A stretch of 63,996 nt of DNA, filler included, from Fonticula-like sp. SCN 57-25 (lineage: Eukaryota): assembly GCA_001724245.1 (NCBI GenBank). It is 3 parts of 3 records of this genome, joined end to end, with 100 filler letters (N's around TTAATTAATTAA, not from the genome) between each part and the next. Parts side by side here need not be neighbours in the genome. Positions count along the whole stretch, not along the records: positions 17,974 to 49,488 come from MEDX01000118.1; 2 more parts are not named here. One strand, 5' to 3'. Below are positions 39,076 through 49,588 of this stretch, piece after piece. The notes under the pieces were generated by a model. It made no database searches and was not told the DNA's origin. It was given only the letters and a program-made list of their open reading frames with translations. The position numbers and the translations under genes were made by a program. Numbering within the stretch: the stretch's first letter is position 1; every line of letters begins with the position of its first letter.

Positions 39076-40032
39076 TTACATTTCCGAAATATTCGGTTCG
39101 GTTCTCTTTTGCTTCTTGTCTTTGGCCGCGATGAACGGAGCGTGGAGTGCGTCATGCAGACGCTTGGCCTTTTGCTCACCTACGCCAGGGCACATGTGCA
39201 TCTGTAGGGTGGTAGCCTCGCAAAGCCGCTTAAACGACTATGCAATCACACGGTAAGTATCTCACTTTTCAAGCAGCATTCTTCGTACGCCAAATGTGGA
39301 AGAAAGAGTGACGACGTCGGTCTTGTTGACGGACCTGACGGACGTCAGTGCGTCGGACAGTTGCGACATGTAGTCAGTGCTTACTCGACCCTTGAGCGCG
39401 TCTGGCGGCTTCTTTTCGTACGCCTTGAAAGTTTCGAGGTACCTTCCTGCCTCCTCCACGCTCCACGCGAGCACGATGGTGAACGAGTTGACGAGCGACA
39501 GCTTGGAGAGCTCGGTCAGCGAAACGACGTGGTCCTCAACGTCGACTTGCACGAGCAGCACACGCAGCGAATACTCGCGCCGAAGGGACTTTAGACGGTT
39601 GTAGATGTACTCGGGATGAAGGCGGTGGTAGCGCAGGCTGAGGAAGAGGACGCACGCAGTACGCCCCACAATATAGTCCGGGACGATTTCGCCAAACTCC
39701 CACGCGACGGTGCGAATGTGCTGAAGAACAGGATTGTTGCGCTGGTTAGGGTGAACCGTGATCGCGTTGGACGAGTAGACGCTAAACGGACTGGGCAGCG
39801 CCCGCGGAGGCTCCGAGGGGGGTCGCACGGCCACAGCAGTCGGCGGAGGCGGAGGCGGAGGCGCAGCGTTGGGATCGACGGCGACCCATGTCGAAGACGG
39901 CGAATCCGCCGCGGCATCTCTCTGAATCTCATCCTGGCGCTGAGCTTCACTTATTTGAGCAGAACGCGCGCGGAAGAAGGGAACGCGCGGAGCGGCTGGC
40001 GCCTCCGCGAGATCCGGTGGCGCGTCGCCCAT
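39076..40032 (-). CDS. ERCC1: ERCC1/Rad10 excision repair protein (1 intron)
   Basis: QRNNPVL, LFLSLRYHRLHPEYI, LAWSVEEAGRYLETFK, HhH motifs VRSVNKTD and CPGVGEQKAKRL. Confidence 0.96.
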
Positions 40033-40331
40033 TCCAGATGGCGGGAAACGTGTCGGTTTCGGTCGGTTAGCGGTTGGTTATAAATATATGCAGGGGTAAG
40101 GTGTCAGTAAGGTAGTATAGTGGCTCGACAGATATCGGGGTGCCGAATGAATATGGCAAGGTATACGCATCATCAACATGTTTAGCGCCCATTTATCGTT
40201 TAGCATTCGTTCGGGCGCAAGTGTGGCTTGCATCATTTGCCAGCACACTTCCGATGTGCAAAGTGATATTCATTGATTGTTCACTTGGTGCCGATCATTC
40301 GCTTTACGTCATACACAGGTACCTTCCGTTG

Positions 40332-41210
40332 ATGTCGCTTGCAGGAAAGGTGGCCCTGGTGGTGGGCGGCACGAGTGGAATCGGCCGCGGCTTCGCGGAA
40401 TGGCTTGCTCAAAATGGTGCGTCCGTTTGCATCAGCGGTCGCAATCGTGAGCGCGGCGACGAGGTGGTGGCCTCCATGAAGAGTCGGTGCCCCTCGGACG
40501 CCGCGGACGCTCAGTTCGCCTTCCTTCCGGTCGACGCCATGCTTATCAAGGACACGAACCGTTTCTGCGAAGAGTACATGTTCTCTCACTCTCGTCTTGA
40601 CTACCTTGTCCTTACGCCGGGTATTGCGTACTTTGGTGCCCGCCTCGAAACGAGCGAGGGTCTTGAGCAGAAGATGGCGATCCACTACTACGGCCGCGTG
40701 TCCATTATCCTTGGCCTGATGCCGCTTCTTGAGCGCACTGCCGCTGATGACGCGGCTGACGTTCGTGTCCTCTCTGTGCTGTCAGCCGGCATGCATGGGC
40801 CGTACTCGCACTACCGCGAGGATCCCGAGCTCGTCAACAACTTCTCGCTCGCCAACTGCGCCAACGCCACTAGTCTCTACAATGACGTGGCTGTTACCAG
40901 CCTCGCCGAGGAGCACCCTCGTATCACTTTTTGTCACGCGAACCCGGGAATGGTCAACACCAACTGGGGATCGGACTTTAACCCGTTGCTTAAAGGACTC
41001 GTGCGAATTGGCCAGCTCTTTGCCAAGTCACCCATCACTTGCGCGACGCAGCTGTCGCCGGTTCTTGTGAGCCCCGAGTTTAAGGGCGGCGCTGTGTTTT
41101 CGTCGCAAACCGCTCAAAGGGTCAGCCCCAATACTGCGGCTCAGCCGGGCAAGGAATTTATCTGGAAGCACACGCTTGACGTCATCAAGCGGCTCGGTGG
41201 CAAGGAGTAA
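40332..41210 (+). CDS. Short-chain dehydrogenase/reductase, atypical and intronless
   Basis: VALVVGGTSGIGRG Rossmann motif, YYGR, HANPGMVNT; no canonical YxxxK. Confidence 0.88.
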   Translation: MSLAGKVALVVGGTSGIGRGFAEWLAQNGASVCISGRNRERGDEVVASMKSRCPSDAADAQFAFLPVDAMLIKDTNRFCEEYMFSHSRLDYLVLTPGIAYFGARLETSEGLEQKMAIHYYGRVSIILGLMPLLERTAADDAADVRVLSVLSAGMHGPYSHYREDPELVNNFSLANCANATSLYNDVAVTSLAEEHPRITFCHANPGMVNTNWGSDFNPLLKGLVRIGQLFAKSPITCATQLSPVLVSPEFKGGAVFSSQTAQRVSPNTAAQPGKEFIWKHTLDVIKRLGGKE

Positions 41211-41679
41211 TTTTTATGTTTCTTTCTTTTCCATGTGAATGTCTTTATAAGTTATATCTTCTTCCTTTCCTCCTCCGTTGGCCCGACAAATACACTGGTC
41301 GTCTTGTTTCGAATATTGCATAGGTCGCATCATCGATTTGGCGCTGTATCCCACCCAGATTCAACCCCAAACCATATTTCGATCGTTTCGTCCAATTTCC
41401 TGATTGGCCGATGATTTACAGCCATCCAATCATGTCCTGACTTGCGTCTCACCAGGACCAATAGCATCGCACTATCGAATGGGTTGACCAATCAGGCGCG
41501 ATGTGGATGCCACTATTTCAGCTGTGCCGAATCGTTTCTCCAGATTCTTTCCCCCCCCTCTCTCCCCGCGCGTTTTTTTTCGTGCGGTAGCTACGCAGAG
41601 GCGCGGCGTGCTCAGCGCACCGGCCAGAGCAAGACTCCTCATCGACCACCACCGTTCATCCGGCCGTCGTCGCACCTTG

Positions 41680-42056
41680 ATGCTACTGGTCCACCAGCTT
41701 GAAACTTTCGAGAAGACCAAGAACCGCACAGCGGAGACCATCGGCGGCCGGAATAATGGCGGTGGTAGTATGGTGCGTTGACTTTTATAACTACCTCGTT
41801 ATATTAAATAATATATTTTTGCAGAGGAATCTTGCTCGTGGTTCCATTGACAACCCGATCATTTCGCTGTTTAGCCTGTCGCACGTTGCTGATAAGGTTC
41901 GTCTTTGTCTTGATAGATGGTTGCATGATGGCTGACGTGTTCCTATAGCTTGCAGACCTTCCCGCGTTCAACCGGCAGATTCTTTCTAACCTTTCTGGTG
42001 TTGGCTCCAAGACGTTCCATGTGAGCTTCAACATTCCTACTCTTGCGACTGCTTGA
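41680..42056 (+). CDS. Orphan small protein (90 aa, or 60 aa from ATG 41770; introns 41773-41824 and 41897-41948)
   Basis: Two 52-nt GT-AG introns preserve one reading frame, codon usage resembles cofilin/GDI, and a CCAAT cluster lies upstream. Confidence 0.6.
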
Positions 42057-42791
42057 GGAAGACAAACACTTGGTTTCTTTGGTTTTAGTTTTTCAGCGAT
42101 GCATGATTCGCGAGTGAAGGTGGGTGCTTAAGGTGATGAAGGAGAGGAGTGGTGATGGACGAGGAGAGTTTGAATGGAGGAGAAGGCGTTGTTTGTGGTT
42201 TTCTATGGGTTCGGGGGTATTTGGGTGTGACACGTGGCGCTATCAGGCATCTGATGTTGCGTCGCGTGGCTTGTCCAATCGCCTTTTCCTTGTCTGTGGA
42301 GTAACTTGAAGCATGTCTACTGTTCCTTAAATCTTTCTTTGGCTTGTTTCCCTTTTTTCTGGAGTTTTAGGCGACCATCGTTGCTTTCGTCTTGTGTGCT
42401 GTTGTTAATGCTTTTTCATATGGTGTTTTCTTTTTCTCTGTCACGCGGTGCGTTTCCTGCGTTGACTAGTATAGCGCGCTGCTGTAGCGAACTGTTGCTG
42501 AGCTGTTTTACGTGAACTGCTTGGCTGCACACTCGCCGACTCCAGTTGTGGTTAGTTTTATTCTCTAGTTCGTTTGTTAGTCTGACCGGCCGCGGTTGTC
42601 ATCCTGCGTATGCTTTTGTTGATCTAGATAAATACATACATTGGGCCGTTTAATTTCAGACCATTACCGCATTGCACAGTGTACACATTGCACTATAGGT
42701 ATTATAACAAAAGCACATATCCCAGTGCGTCCACTTGCTTGGGTTGCGTGGTGCAACCCATCGTGTGTCACCGTTTTGCCCGTGTGGCACG

Positions 42792-43812
42792 ATGCTGGCG
42801 CGGCGGCAGGCAGATCTGCTGATAAAGTGCCACAGTAGACTATGGGGAAGGGCTTTTTCGCGTCCCTTGCCTGCAGCAGCAGGTGACAAACAGATCGCAC
42901 GGCGTGGGCAGGACGGGCGTGGTGCGCGTGGTGGACATCGACCTGCGCCTGGGGTGGGATCATCGTCAGCGACCATGCCGGCGGCCTCTCCTTCTAGTTC
43001 TGGCCCCTCGAGTGCCCCCACCACCGTAACCTCCACTATTAGTACTGTGAGTGGAGGCCGCCGTGTTATGACGTATGCGACACACGCAGATCTGCTGCGC
43101 CGCTTTCCCTGGTTGGCGCGGCTGCCTCCCCCGAATGCGGCGAGAGTCAAGAAGCGGCAGCAGAGATCGCTGACCTCGGTGAAGAATACGGCGGCGACAT
43201 TTATGGCAAAGGGAGCGTTCAGGTGGAACTGCGACTGTTTTCAGCTGAGGACAAGGAGATGGGACAATAGGGAATGGAAGCAGCCAGGTACGGCATTCAT
43301 TGTGGAAAGGCTATGCTGCGATGTAAAGATCGGTGCTCGCGGGTTTAATTTGTTGCGCAATTGGCGCGTGGTCCTGAGCCAACATCTTTTTACATTGAAT
43401 ACTTTATCATTTGTTTGGGTTCGCATTTGGTTAGGCGCCGATGTCGGTCCTCTTTGTTTGCCTTCCCACTTCAATCCTCTGCTGCCAACTGTCTTCTAAC
43501 TTTATTCTCAGCACTAAAGTGGCGTGTGAGCGTCCTCGTAACCAAGCGTGTCATTCGCAACGCTGTCGAGCGCAATGCTGTCCGCCGCAAACTAAAGTCT
43601 ATTATTCGTCGCGCCATATCCGAGGCCCCAACAGGTACGCACGCTTTGTCCCTTTTTCCTGCGCCATTCTGCTCACGCAACGGGGCGGTCGTTCAATAGG
43701 ATACGACTATACATTTGTGCCAAACAATGCCATTGCGGACGCCGATAACAGAAGGCTTGCCGAACGCGTGTCAATGGCGTTCTCGCGCGTGCCGCGCCAC
43801 GGCAAGCGGTAG
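42792..43812 (+). CDS. rnpA: Bacterial-type ribonuclease P protein (RnpA/C5) with N-terminal mitochondrial-presequence-like extension; 243 aa
   Basis: Exons 42792-43287, 43512-43634 and 43700-43812 give ...WRVSVLVTKRVIRNAVERNAVRRKLKSIIR...GYDYTFV..., i.e. the RNR motif and G.D.V strand of RnpA. Confidence 0.82.
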
Positions 43813-44045
43813 CAAAGTACCAAATTGAACTGTATCATTACTGTACAATATCGAGTGGTGAAGTGTACCACTTGAACAAATATATGTTTACGCGAGGGCA
43901 AAGTGCATTTGCAAGCGCGTACTCTTTATTTTTACCGTGTCTTTTGTATATTTGCATTGGAATTGGTCCAAGGCTGCGGTGACGAATCAAATCCACGTGG
44001 CCAGATTCGTTTGCTGTTCTGCGCGTCAACAGGCCCCGGGATCGA

Positions 44046-46184
44046 ATGTCGGTTCCTGTGTCGCGCCGATTCGGCGTTGGCGGCGGGTCGCGTACCGCCA
44101 CGCCTTCTTTTTTGAGGCTATCTTTGAGCGCGTTATTTGTTTGCTTGTGCTTTTTGTCTGTTTCTGCGGCGTCGGTGCCAAAGGTGGCCGTTCGCCTTGC
44201 GGATCCCAGTTTGCCGAGCGTGCTGTCCTTTGCCGAGCGCCACGGCCTCGCCCTTCGCCACTATGTGACGGAGGACATTGTTCTGTTCGAGTCAGTTAAT
44301 TCGGACACGATATCCTTCCAGCGGAATCTGACGCGTGTTGCGCGCTCGTCCGAGGCGCTCTGGAGTGCCGAGCAGCATCCTCTCCTGCGTGCCAAGCGGA
44401 CGTTTGACGATCCGCTGTTCCCGCTGCAGTGGCATCTGGAGGCGGACTCTGCGTCGAGCATCAACGCGCAACCTGTGTGGGATAGCGGCAACCACGGCAG
44501 TGGCGTCGTTGTTGCTGTCGTGGATGACGGCCTCGACCACTCGCACCCCGACTTTGCCTCCACGTACAGCGCCGAGTGCAGCTACGACTTTAACTTTCTC
44601 GACGACGATCCGATGCCGACGCTCAAGGACGATGTGCACGGGACGCGCTGTGCTGGAGAAGTAGCCGCTGGCGCAAACGACGGGACGTGCGGCGTTGGCG
44701 TTGCGTACGAGGCCAAGGTGGCTGGTCTGCGCATCCTCTCTGGCGAGGTGAATGACGCGACGGAGGCGAGCGCGCTGTCGTACAAGTTGGACAAGGTGAG
44801 CATTTACAGCAGCTCATGGGGCCCGTATGATGACGGCAAGACGGTGGAGGCGCCCGGCCCGCTGACATCGAGCGTGCTTGCCAACGGTGTGCAGACCGGC
44901 CGCGGTGGCCGCGGGTCAATCTTTGTGTTCGCCAGCGGCAATGGTGGCTCCAACGACGACTGCAACTATGACGGGTACTCCAATTCGATCTACACGATTG
45001 CGATCGGCGCGGTGGACCGCAACCGCAAGACGCCGACGTACCAGGAAAACTGCGCAGCACAGCTGGCGGTGACGTTTAGCAGCAACGCGAATGACTATAT
45101 CACGACAACCGACGTCAATGGCCAGTGCACGAAGCGCATGGGCGGCACGTCGGCCGCCGCGCCGCTTGCCGCCGGTATTTTTGCGCTTGTCCTTTCGGCG
45201 CGTCCGGACCTCACCTGGCGCGACCTGCAGTGGCTCGTCGCGACCACCGCGGTTCCCATCGACGACGGCGGCGAGCTCGTCGATAACGCCGCCGGCCTGC
45301 GCTTCAGCCAGACGCGCGGGTTTGGCCTGCTTGACGCCGAGCGGCTCGTGCGCGCCGCCGAAACGTGGACGCTCGTTGGCGCCCACATCCGCGCACAGTT
45401 TCCCGCGGACGACGTCGGCAGCGACATCCCACAACAGGAAGCGGGCGGCGACGGTCTGCTCGTCACAAAGACCGTCGTCGCGCCCAAGCGCATGGCGCGC
45501 CTCGAGCACGTCCAGGTGTCTGTGACGGTCGAACACAAGTCGCGCGGTGATCTGTCGTATGAGTTGACGTGCCCGTCGGGGACGCGCAGCCTGCTCGCGA
45601 GGGCGCGCCGTCGTGACACGAGCCTCCACGGGCTCTCGTCATGGACGTTCATGACCGTCGCTTGTTGGGGAGAGGACCCCAATGGGACGTACGAGCTGCG
45701 CGTGCGCGACACTATCAACGCAGGCAGCACCGGAAAGCTCGTTCAGTGGGCGCTCAAGCTCAATGGCGAGCGGCAGGAGACGGACGAGCAGGACCCTACC
45801 GACGCGCCGACGGCCGCGCCATCCGACGAGCCAACCGGTGCACCGACTGAAGCGCCGACTGCCGGACCTACTGACGCGCCGACTACCGCGCCGACGTCCA
45901 CCACACCAACTGATTCGCCAGCAACGCCTGTACCGAGCGAAATTGACACGCTGCCGACGGACGCGCCGGTCGAAGGTGAAGAGGACGAGATGATGGTGTC
46001 GATCAGGACGATTGGCGTCGCGCTCGCTAGTATCGTGGTCGCCCTCTTGGCCTTTGTCGTGTACAAGGCGGTGGCCAAGAGGAGGGAGCAGGCGAAGCTG
46101 CAGCGCAGCCTCCGCGTGCGCCTCGACGGCGACGAGGAGCCAATCCTGTTCACGCTCGACACTGACGAGAACGACCTTTTGTGA
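44046..46184 (+). CDS. KEX2: Kexin/furin-like proprotein convertase (intronless)
   Basis: Signal peptide, RAKR prodomain site, VVDDGLD, HGTRCAGE, GTSAAAP, P-domain, PT-rich stalk, TM and acidic tail. Confidence 0.95.
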   Translation: MSVPVSRRFGVGGGSRTATPSFLRLSLSALFVCLCFLSVSAASVPKVAVRLADPSLPSVLSFAERHGLALRHYVTEDIVLFESVNSDTISFQRNLTRVARSSEALWSAEQHPLLRAKRTFDDPLFPLQWHLEADSASSINAQPVWDSGNHGSGVVVAVVDDGLDHSHPDFASTYSAECSYDFNFLDDDPMPTLKDDVHGTRCAGEVAAGANDGTCGVGVAYEAKVAGLRILSGEVNDATEASALSYKLDKVSIYSSSWGPYDDGKTVEAPGPLTSSVLANGVQTGRGGRGSIFVFASGNGGSNDDCNYDGYSNSIYTIAIGAVDRNRKTPTYQENCAAQLAVTFSSNANDYITTTDVNGQCTKRMGGTSAAAPLAAGIFALVLSARPDLTWRDLQWLVATTAVPIDDGGELVDNAAGLRFSQTRGFGLLDAERLVRAAETWTLVGAHIRAQFPADDVGSDIPQQEAGGDGLLVTKTVVAPKRMARLEHVQVSVTVEHKSRGDLSYELTCPSGTRSLLARARRRDTSLHGLSSWTFMTVACWGEDPNGTYELRVRDTINAGSTGKLVQWALKLNGERQETDEQDPTDAPTAAPSDEPTGAPTEAPTAGPTDAPTTAPTSTTPTDSPATPVPSEIDTLPTDAPVEGEEDEMMVSIRTIGVALASIVVALLAFVVYKAVAKRREQAKLQRSLRVRLDGDEEPILFTLDTDENDLL

Positions 46185-46469
46185 GAATTCAGCTAGGTTT
46201 TGTACGATTTAGACATTTTTTGTTGTAGCATTTCTATTGTATGGGAGTGTACATTATTATTTACTCAATACATCGCCACGTTCATTTCCCCACAATCGAC
46301 GCAGTATTGCCACAGTGCTGCTCGCAGGTAAAATCCCAGGGGAGTTTCCCAAAATAACACCTAAAAATATAAGAATGGCCGTGGAAACAGCAGTGTTTTC
46401 TACGCGATACTTTTTTTCGAGTGTTGACTAACTTCGACTTTCACCCCCCTTTCACGTTCCCCGCGCGCC

Positions 46470-47334
46470 ATGGCCAACATGAACGCCTCAAATGTGGCGG
46501 CCGCCGTCTTTAACATTAAGCACATCCTCATTGTTGTCCTTGTACGCATTTGTTTACTTTACGTGGCTGTCGTTTGCTAACGATTTTGCGTCTTGACTAC
46601 TGCTTCATCTGCGGTCGTTCATTTTCTTGTACGATGATGACACGATTAGGTGTTGAGCTTTATCGGTTCCATGTCTGGCGTCCAGTACAATGTGGCGCTT
46701 TTCCTGTTTGGCCTCTATGCGCTCTTTGAGCACAACTCTGTCCAGCCGCTGCGCTACGTACGCCTCCTGATCTAGCATGCTCGTCACTAAACCTTCTCCA
46801 GTTTGGCGCCTTCACCGCGTTCAGCATCATTTCGGACATTACCATCTTGGCTGTCTACACGTACCCTTCGGCCCTCTTCCGCTTTGCCCTTGCGTACGCA
46901 ATATTCTACAATATATTGTCCTTTCTATGTATAAACATGTCTATGTCTCGTTTTTTCTATTGTTTACCCTCTTGTCCGCTTGCTGCTTGACCAACTTTCG
47001 CCTTCTTTCGCCTTTGCTAATGCTCGTCCCTCTCGCCAGCATGGACATTATCTGCCTCCTGATGAAGCCTGTCCTTATCTTCCTTTCTATCCGCCTGCTC
47101 GGCGAGCGCGGCTCCCCGATCTCGTACAACCCCCCTTCGTGGGTCACTGGCGGGCAGCAGCAGCAGGCCGACGAGGACGGCGCCCCCGCGTACGCCTCCG
47201 GCAGCACGCCTGCCACGGGCGTGTACGTCACGGTCGGCGACAACGACACGATGGGCGGCAGCGATGGCAAGTTCTACTCGCCGCCACCAATGGAGGGGCA
47301 GGCCGGCGGCGAGCAGAACTACCAGCAGATGTAG
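46470..47334 (+). CDS. AGTRAP-like multi-TM membrane protein (3 introns)
   Basis: IKHILIVVLVLSFIG..YNVALFLFGLYA..SIISDI..IICLLMKP..ERG matches the AGTRAP family pattern. Confidence 0.65.
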
Positions 47335-47472
47335 TGTGGTTTGGCTAGCAATGGAAAATAAAAGTATAAAGTGTTACTGTATTGACACTCGCGAGCAACG
47401 CATCGTATACACAAACCAGCACAAGGCCGAACCAAAACACTCCAAAAAGCCCATGTAGACATTGTACGATGT

Positions 47473-49488
47473 TTAGAAAAGGTCGTCGTCCATCTCAGAG
47501 TCACTCATAAAGTCATCGGGCGAGCCTCCCCTTTCAAACATGCTGATGCGATGTATCAAATCGTCGTTGAAACTGCGCTGCGCCATGTTTTCAAAAAAGT
47601 CGCGGTTCATCGAGGGGAAATGCCCAAAGGACGACTGCGACTGCAGCAGCGACGAGTGCAGGTTCTTGAAGCGGGCCAGCGCCGCCGCCTCCGACTAAAA
47701 AAGCGCGGGAAAAGCGTGAGTTGCTATAAAAAAGAGCTCGGCGCGCGCACCTCCATGCGCCTCAGCGACGTGTCGATCTGCGCCTTGTGGTCCCGCACGC
47801 GCTTGTCCAGCCCAGAGAGCAGCAGCCGCTTTGCGCGGTCGTTGGACACGCGCTTCTTGCGCGGCGTGTCCGACGACTCTGCGGCGCCGTCATCGGCTTC
47901 GGGAAGCTCGCGCTTCTGCACCACGTTCCACCGGCTGCAATTTTCAATTTGGTCAGTGCACAGCCCTGCCACAGCACTGAAAAGCGTACCGGCGCGTCGT
48001 CTTGGCGAGGCCCTGCATCGCGGCGGCGCGCTCGCTGAGCTCGTCGGCGCACCGCTGGTACAGCCACACCTGCACCATACCGAGGTCGCTGGCCTCACCC
48101 GACTCTTCATAGGTGCGGTACGCCTCGCACTGCGACAGGTGGGCGTACTGGAGGGCGGCGCCGGCCGAACCAACGTCATGGTGCCGGTATAAAAAGGGGT
48201 ACGCGTGAGGCGAGTACGGGTTGCGAGGGAAGAGGCTAGTACGGCGGGCGGCCGGGGTAGCAGCAGCAGGTGTGGCAGTAGCAGGCGTGGTAGTAGCAGC
48301 AGTAGCAGCAGCAGGGGTCGCCCGATTAACCGCCGTCGCCGTCGATGCGGCCGATGCCTGACGTGCCGTCGCCGCCAACGCCGCCAGCTGGGGATTCACA
48401 GCTGTCTGAGCCGCTTGCGCGCGGCCGGCCGCCGTGTTACCGGTGGTCGCACTCGCCGCCGGTGCGGGCGCCGCGGGTGTGGTCGCGGGGAACTTGCGGA
48501 GCGCCTCGTCGAGCATGGCGTCCCAGATGCACGACTCGGGGTTCGCCGCGGGCTTGTTGAGAGTCACGCCGGCCTTGGTCGCCCATTCGCGCACGATGAG
48601 GAACCGCGTGACGCCGAGCACGACGCGCTTGAAGCAATCTTCGTTGCCAGAGGTAAAGTACGCGACCGCGAGCGGGTGTGACAGGTAAACGTTAAAGATA
48701 TTGTAGGAGGGAGCTTGAATGCTCCTGTACTGATTCGCCTGCAATAATGCGTGAGTAAAAGGCACGGGAGCGCGCCGCGTAGTACCCAGTCGATCAGGCG
48801 AGAGACGCGGCTAAAGAAAACAACGGCAACCTCAAGCATGCTGTTCTCTGTCGCCATGGGAAGATGGACGATATTGTCAAACAAGTTGCGCGACATGGCC
48901 CTAAATGATAAAAGTCAGATACATGGTCCAAAGGCTCTTTTGGCCCGCCACTCGCGTACGTTGCCGCGACGTGGTCGACGGCGGCGTCCACCACCCTGCG
49001 GAACACGTGGTCGTCTACCCGGAGGCTCCTCTGCAGCGCCTTGCCATGGAGCAGCTTGGCGACGCACTTGAACGCCAAGGCCCATCGGGTGGCCGTAACC
49101 TTGTCCGCGTCGAGACCCGTCTGCATGAACGTCTCGATCAGCGGGTGCTTTGCCGAGTCCTCGTGGCGCGGGTCATATGCAGGCCTGCGACGCCGCCCAA
49201 CGTCCTCGGCGTCGTTGGTGCCGTCGTCGTCGGCAGACTTGCGGAAGCGGCTGCACACTGCGTCGGGGAACACGGTGGCCATGGCCGAAGCCTGCGAGTG
49301 ATTGAGAACGTCGGTGACGAGGCACCCGCGCGAAGCGTCGCGGTTGGATGCGATGCAGCGCACGATCTGCCCGCGAAGGACCGAGCAACGGCGTAGGACA
49401 GAGGCCTGCAGAGCCTCAAGGTCGCCGTCGTGGTTCGCAAGCGCAGCCCGGAACGCGAGAACGCTGCAGAAAAATATTCAGCAAAAAA
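47473..49488 (-). CDS. Hypothetical protein, 5'-truncated (at least 4 introns)
   Basis: Canonical introns link the ORFs in frame; Ala/Thr-rich linker; stop at 47473; no recognised family. Confidence 0.75.
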
Positions 49489-49588
49489 NNNNNNNNNNNN
49501 NNNNNNNNNNNNNNNNNNNNNNNNNNNNNNNNTTAATTAATTAANNNNNNNNNNNNNNNNNNNNNNNNNNNNNNNNNNNNNNNNNNNN
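49489..49588. other. Artificial contig-joining spacer
   Basis: N44-TTAATTAATTAA-N44. Confidence 0.97.

Noticed and set aside
41670-41705. Possible antizyme-like +1 frameshift at CCT-TGA or GCT-TGA
   Set aside because: The upstream frames lack a suitable ATG and the downstream protein has no antizyme motifs.
41756-42024. Splice-generated TGA read as selenocysteine
   Set aside because: The read-through frame has no redox motif, its codon usage fits worse than the other frame, and I see no SECIS.
41211-44045. RNase P RNA gene next to rnpA
   Set aside because: I found no GAGGAAAGTC-type P4 or other conserved-region motifs; the RNA partner would be expected on mtDNA.
45796-45910. Regular short repeats resembling an array
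   Set aside because: They encode the PT(D/E)A stalk of kexin; no CRISPR-type repeat-spacer structure was seen anywhere in the window.
46575-46650. Possible microexon with a non-AG acceptor after GCTAAC in the AGTRAP-like gene
   Set aside because: A single canonical intron 46542-46649 keeps the frame and fits the family spacing.
48901-48922. Apparent 22-nt micro-intron GTATCT...TTAG
   Set aside because: It gives the wrong phase; the upstream GTACGC donor (59-nt intron) restores the frame.
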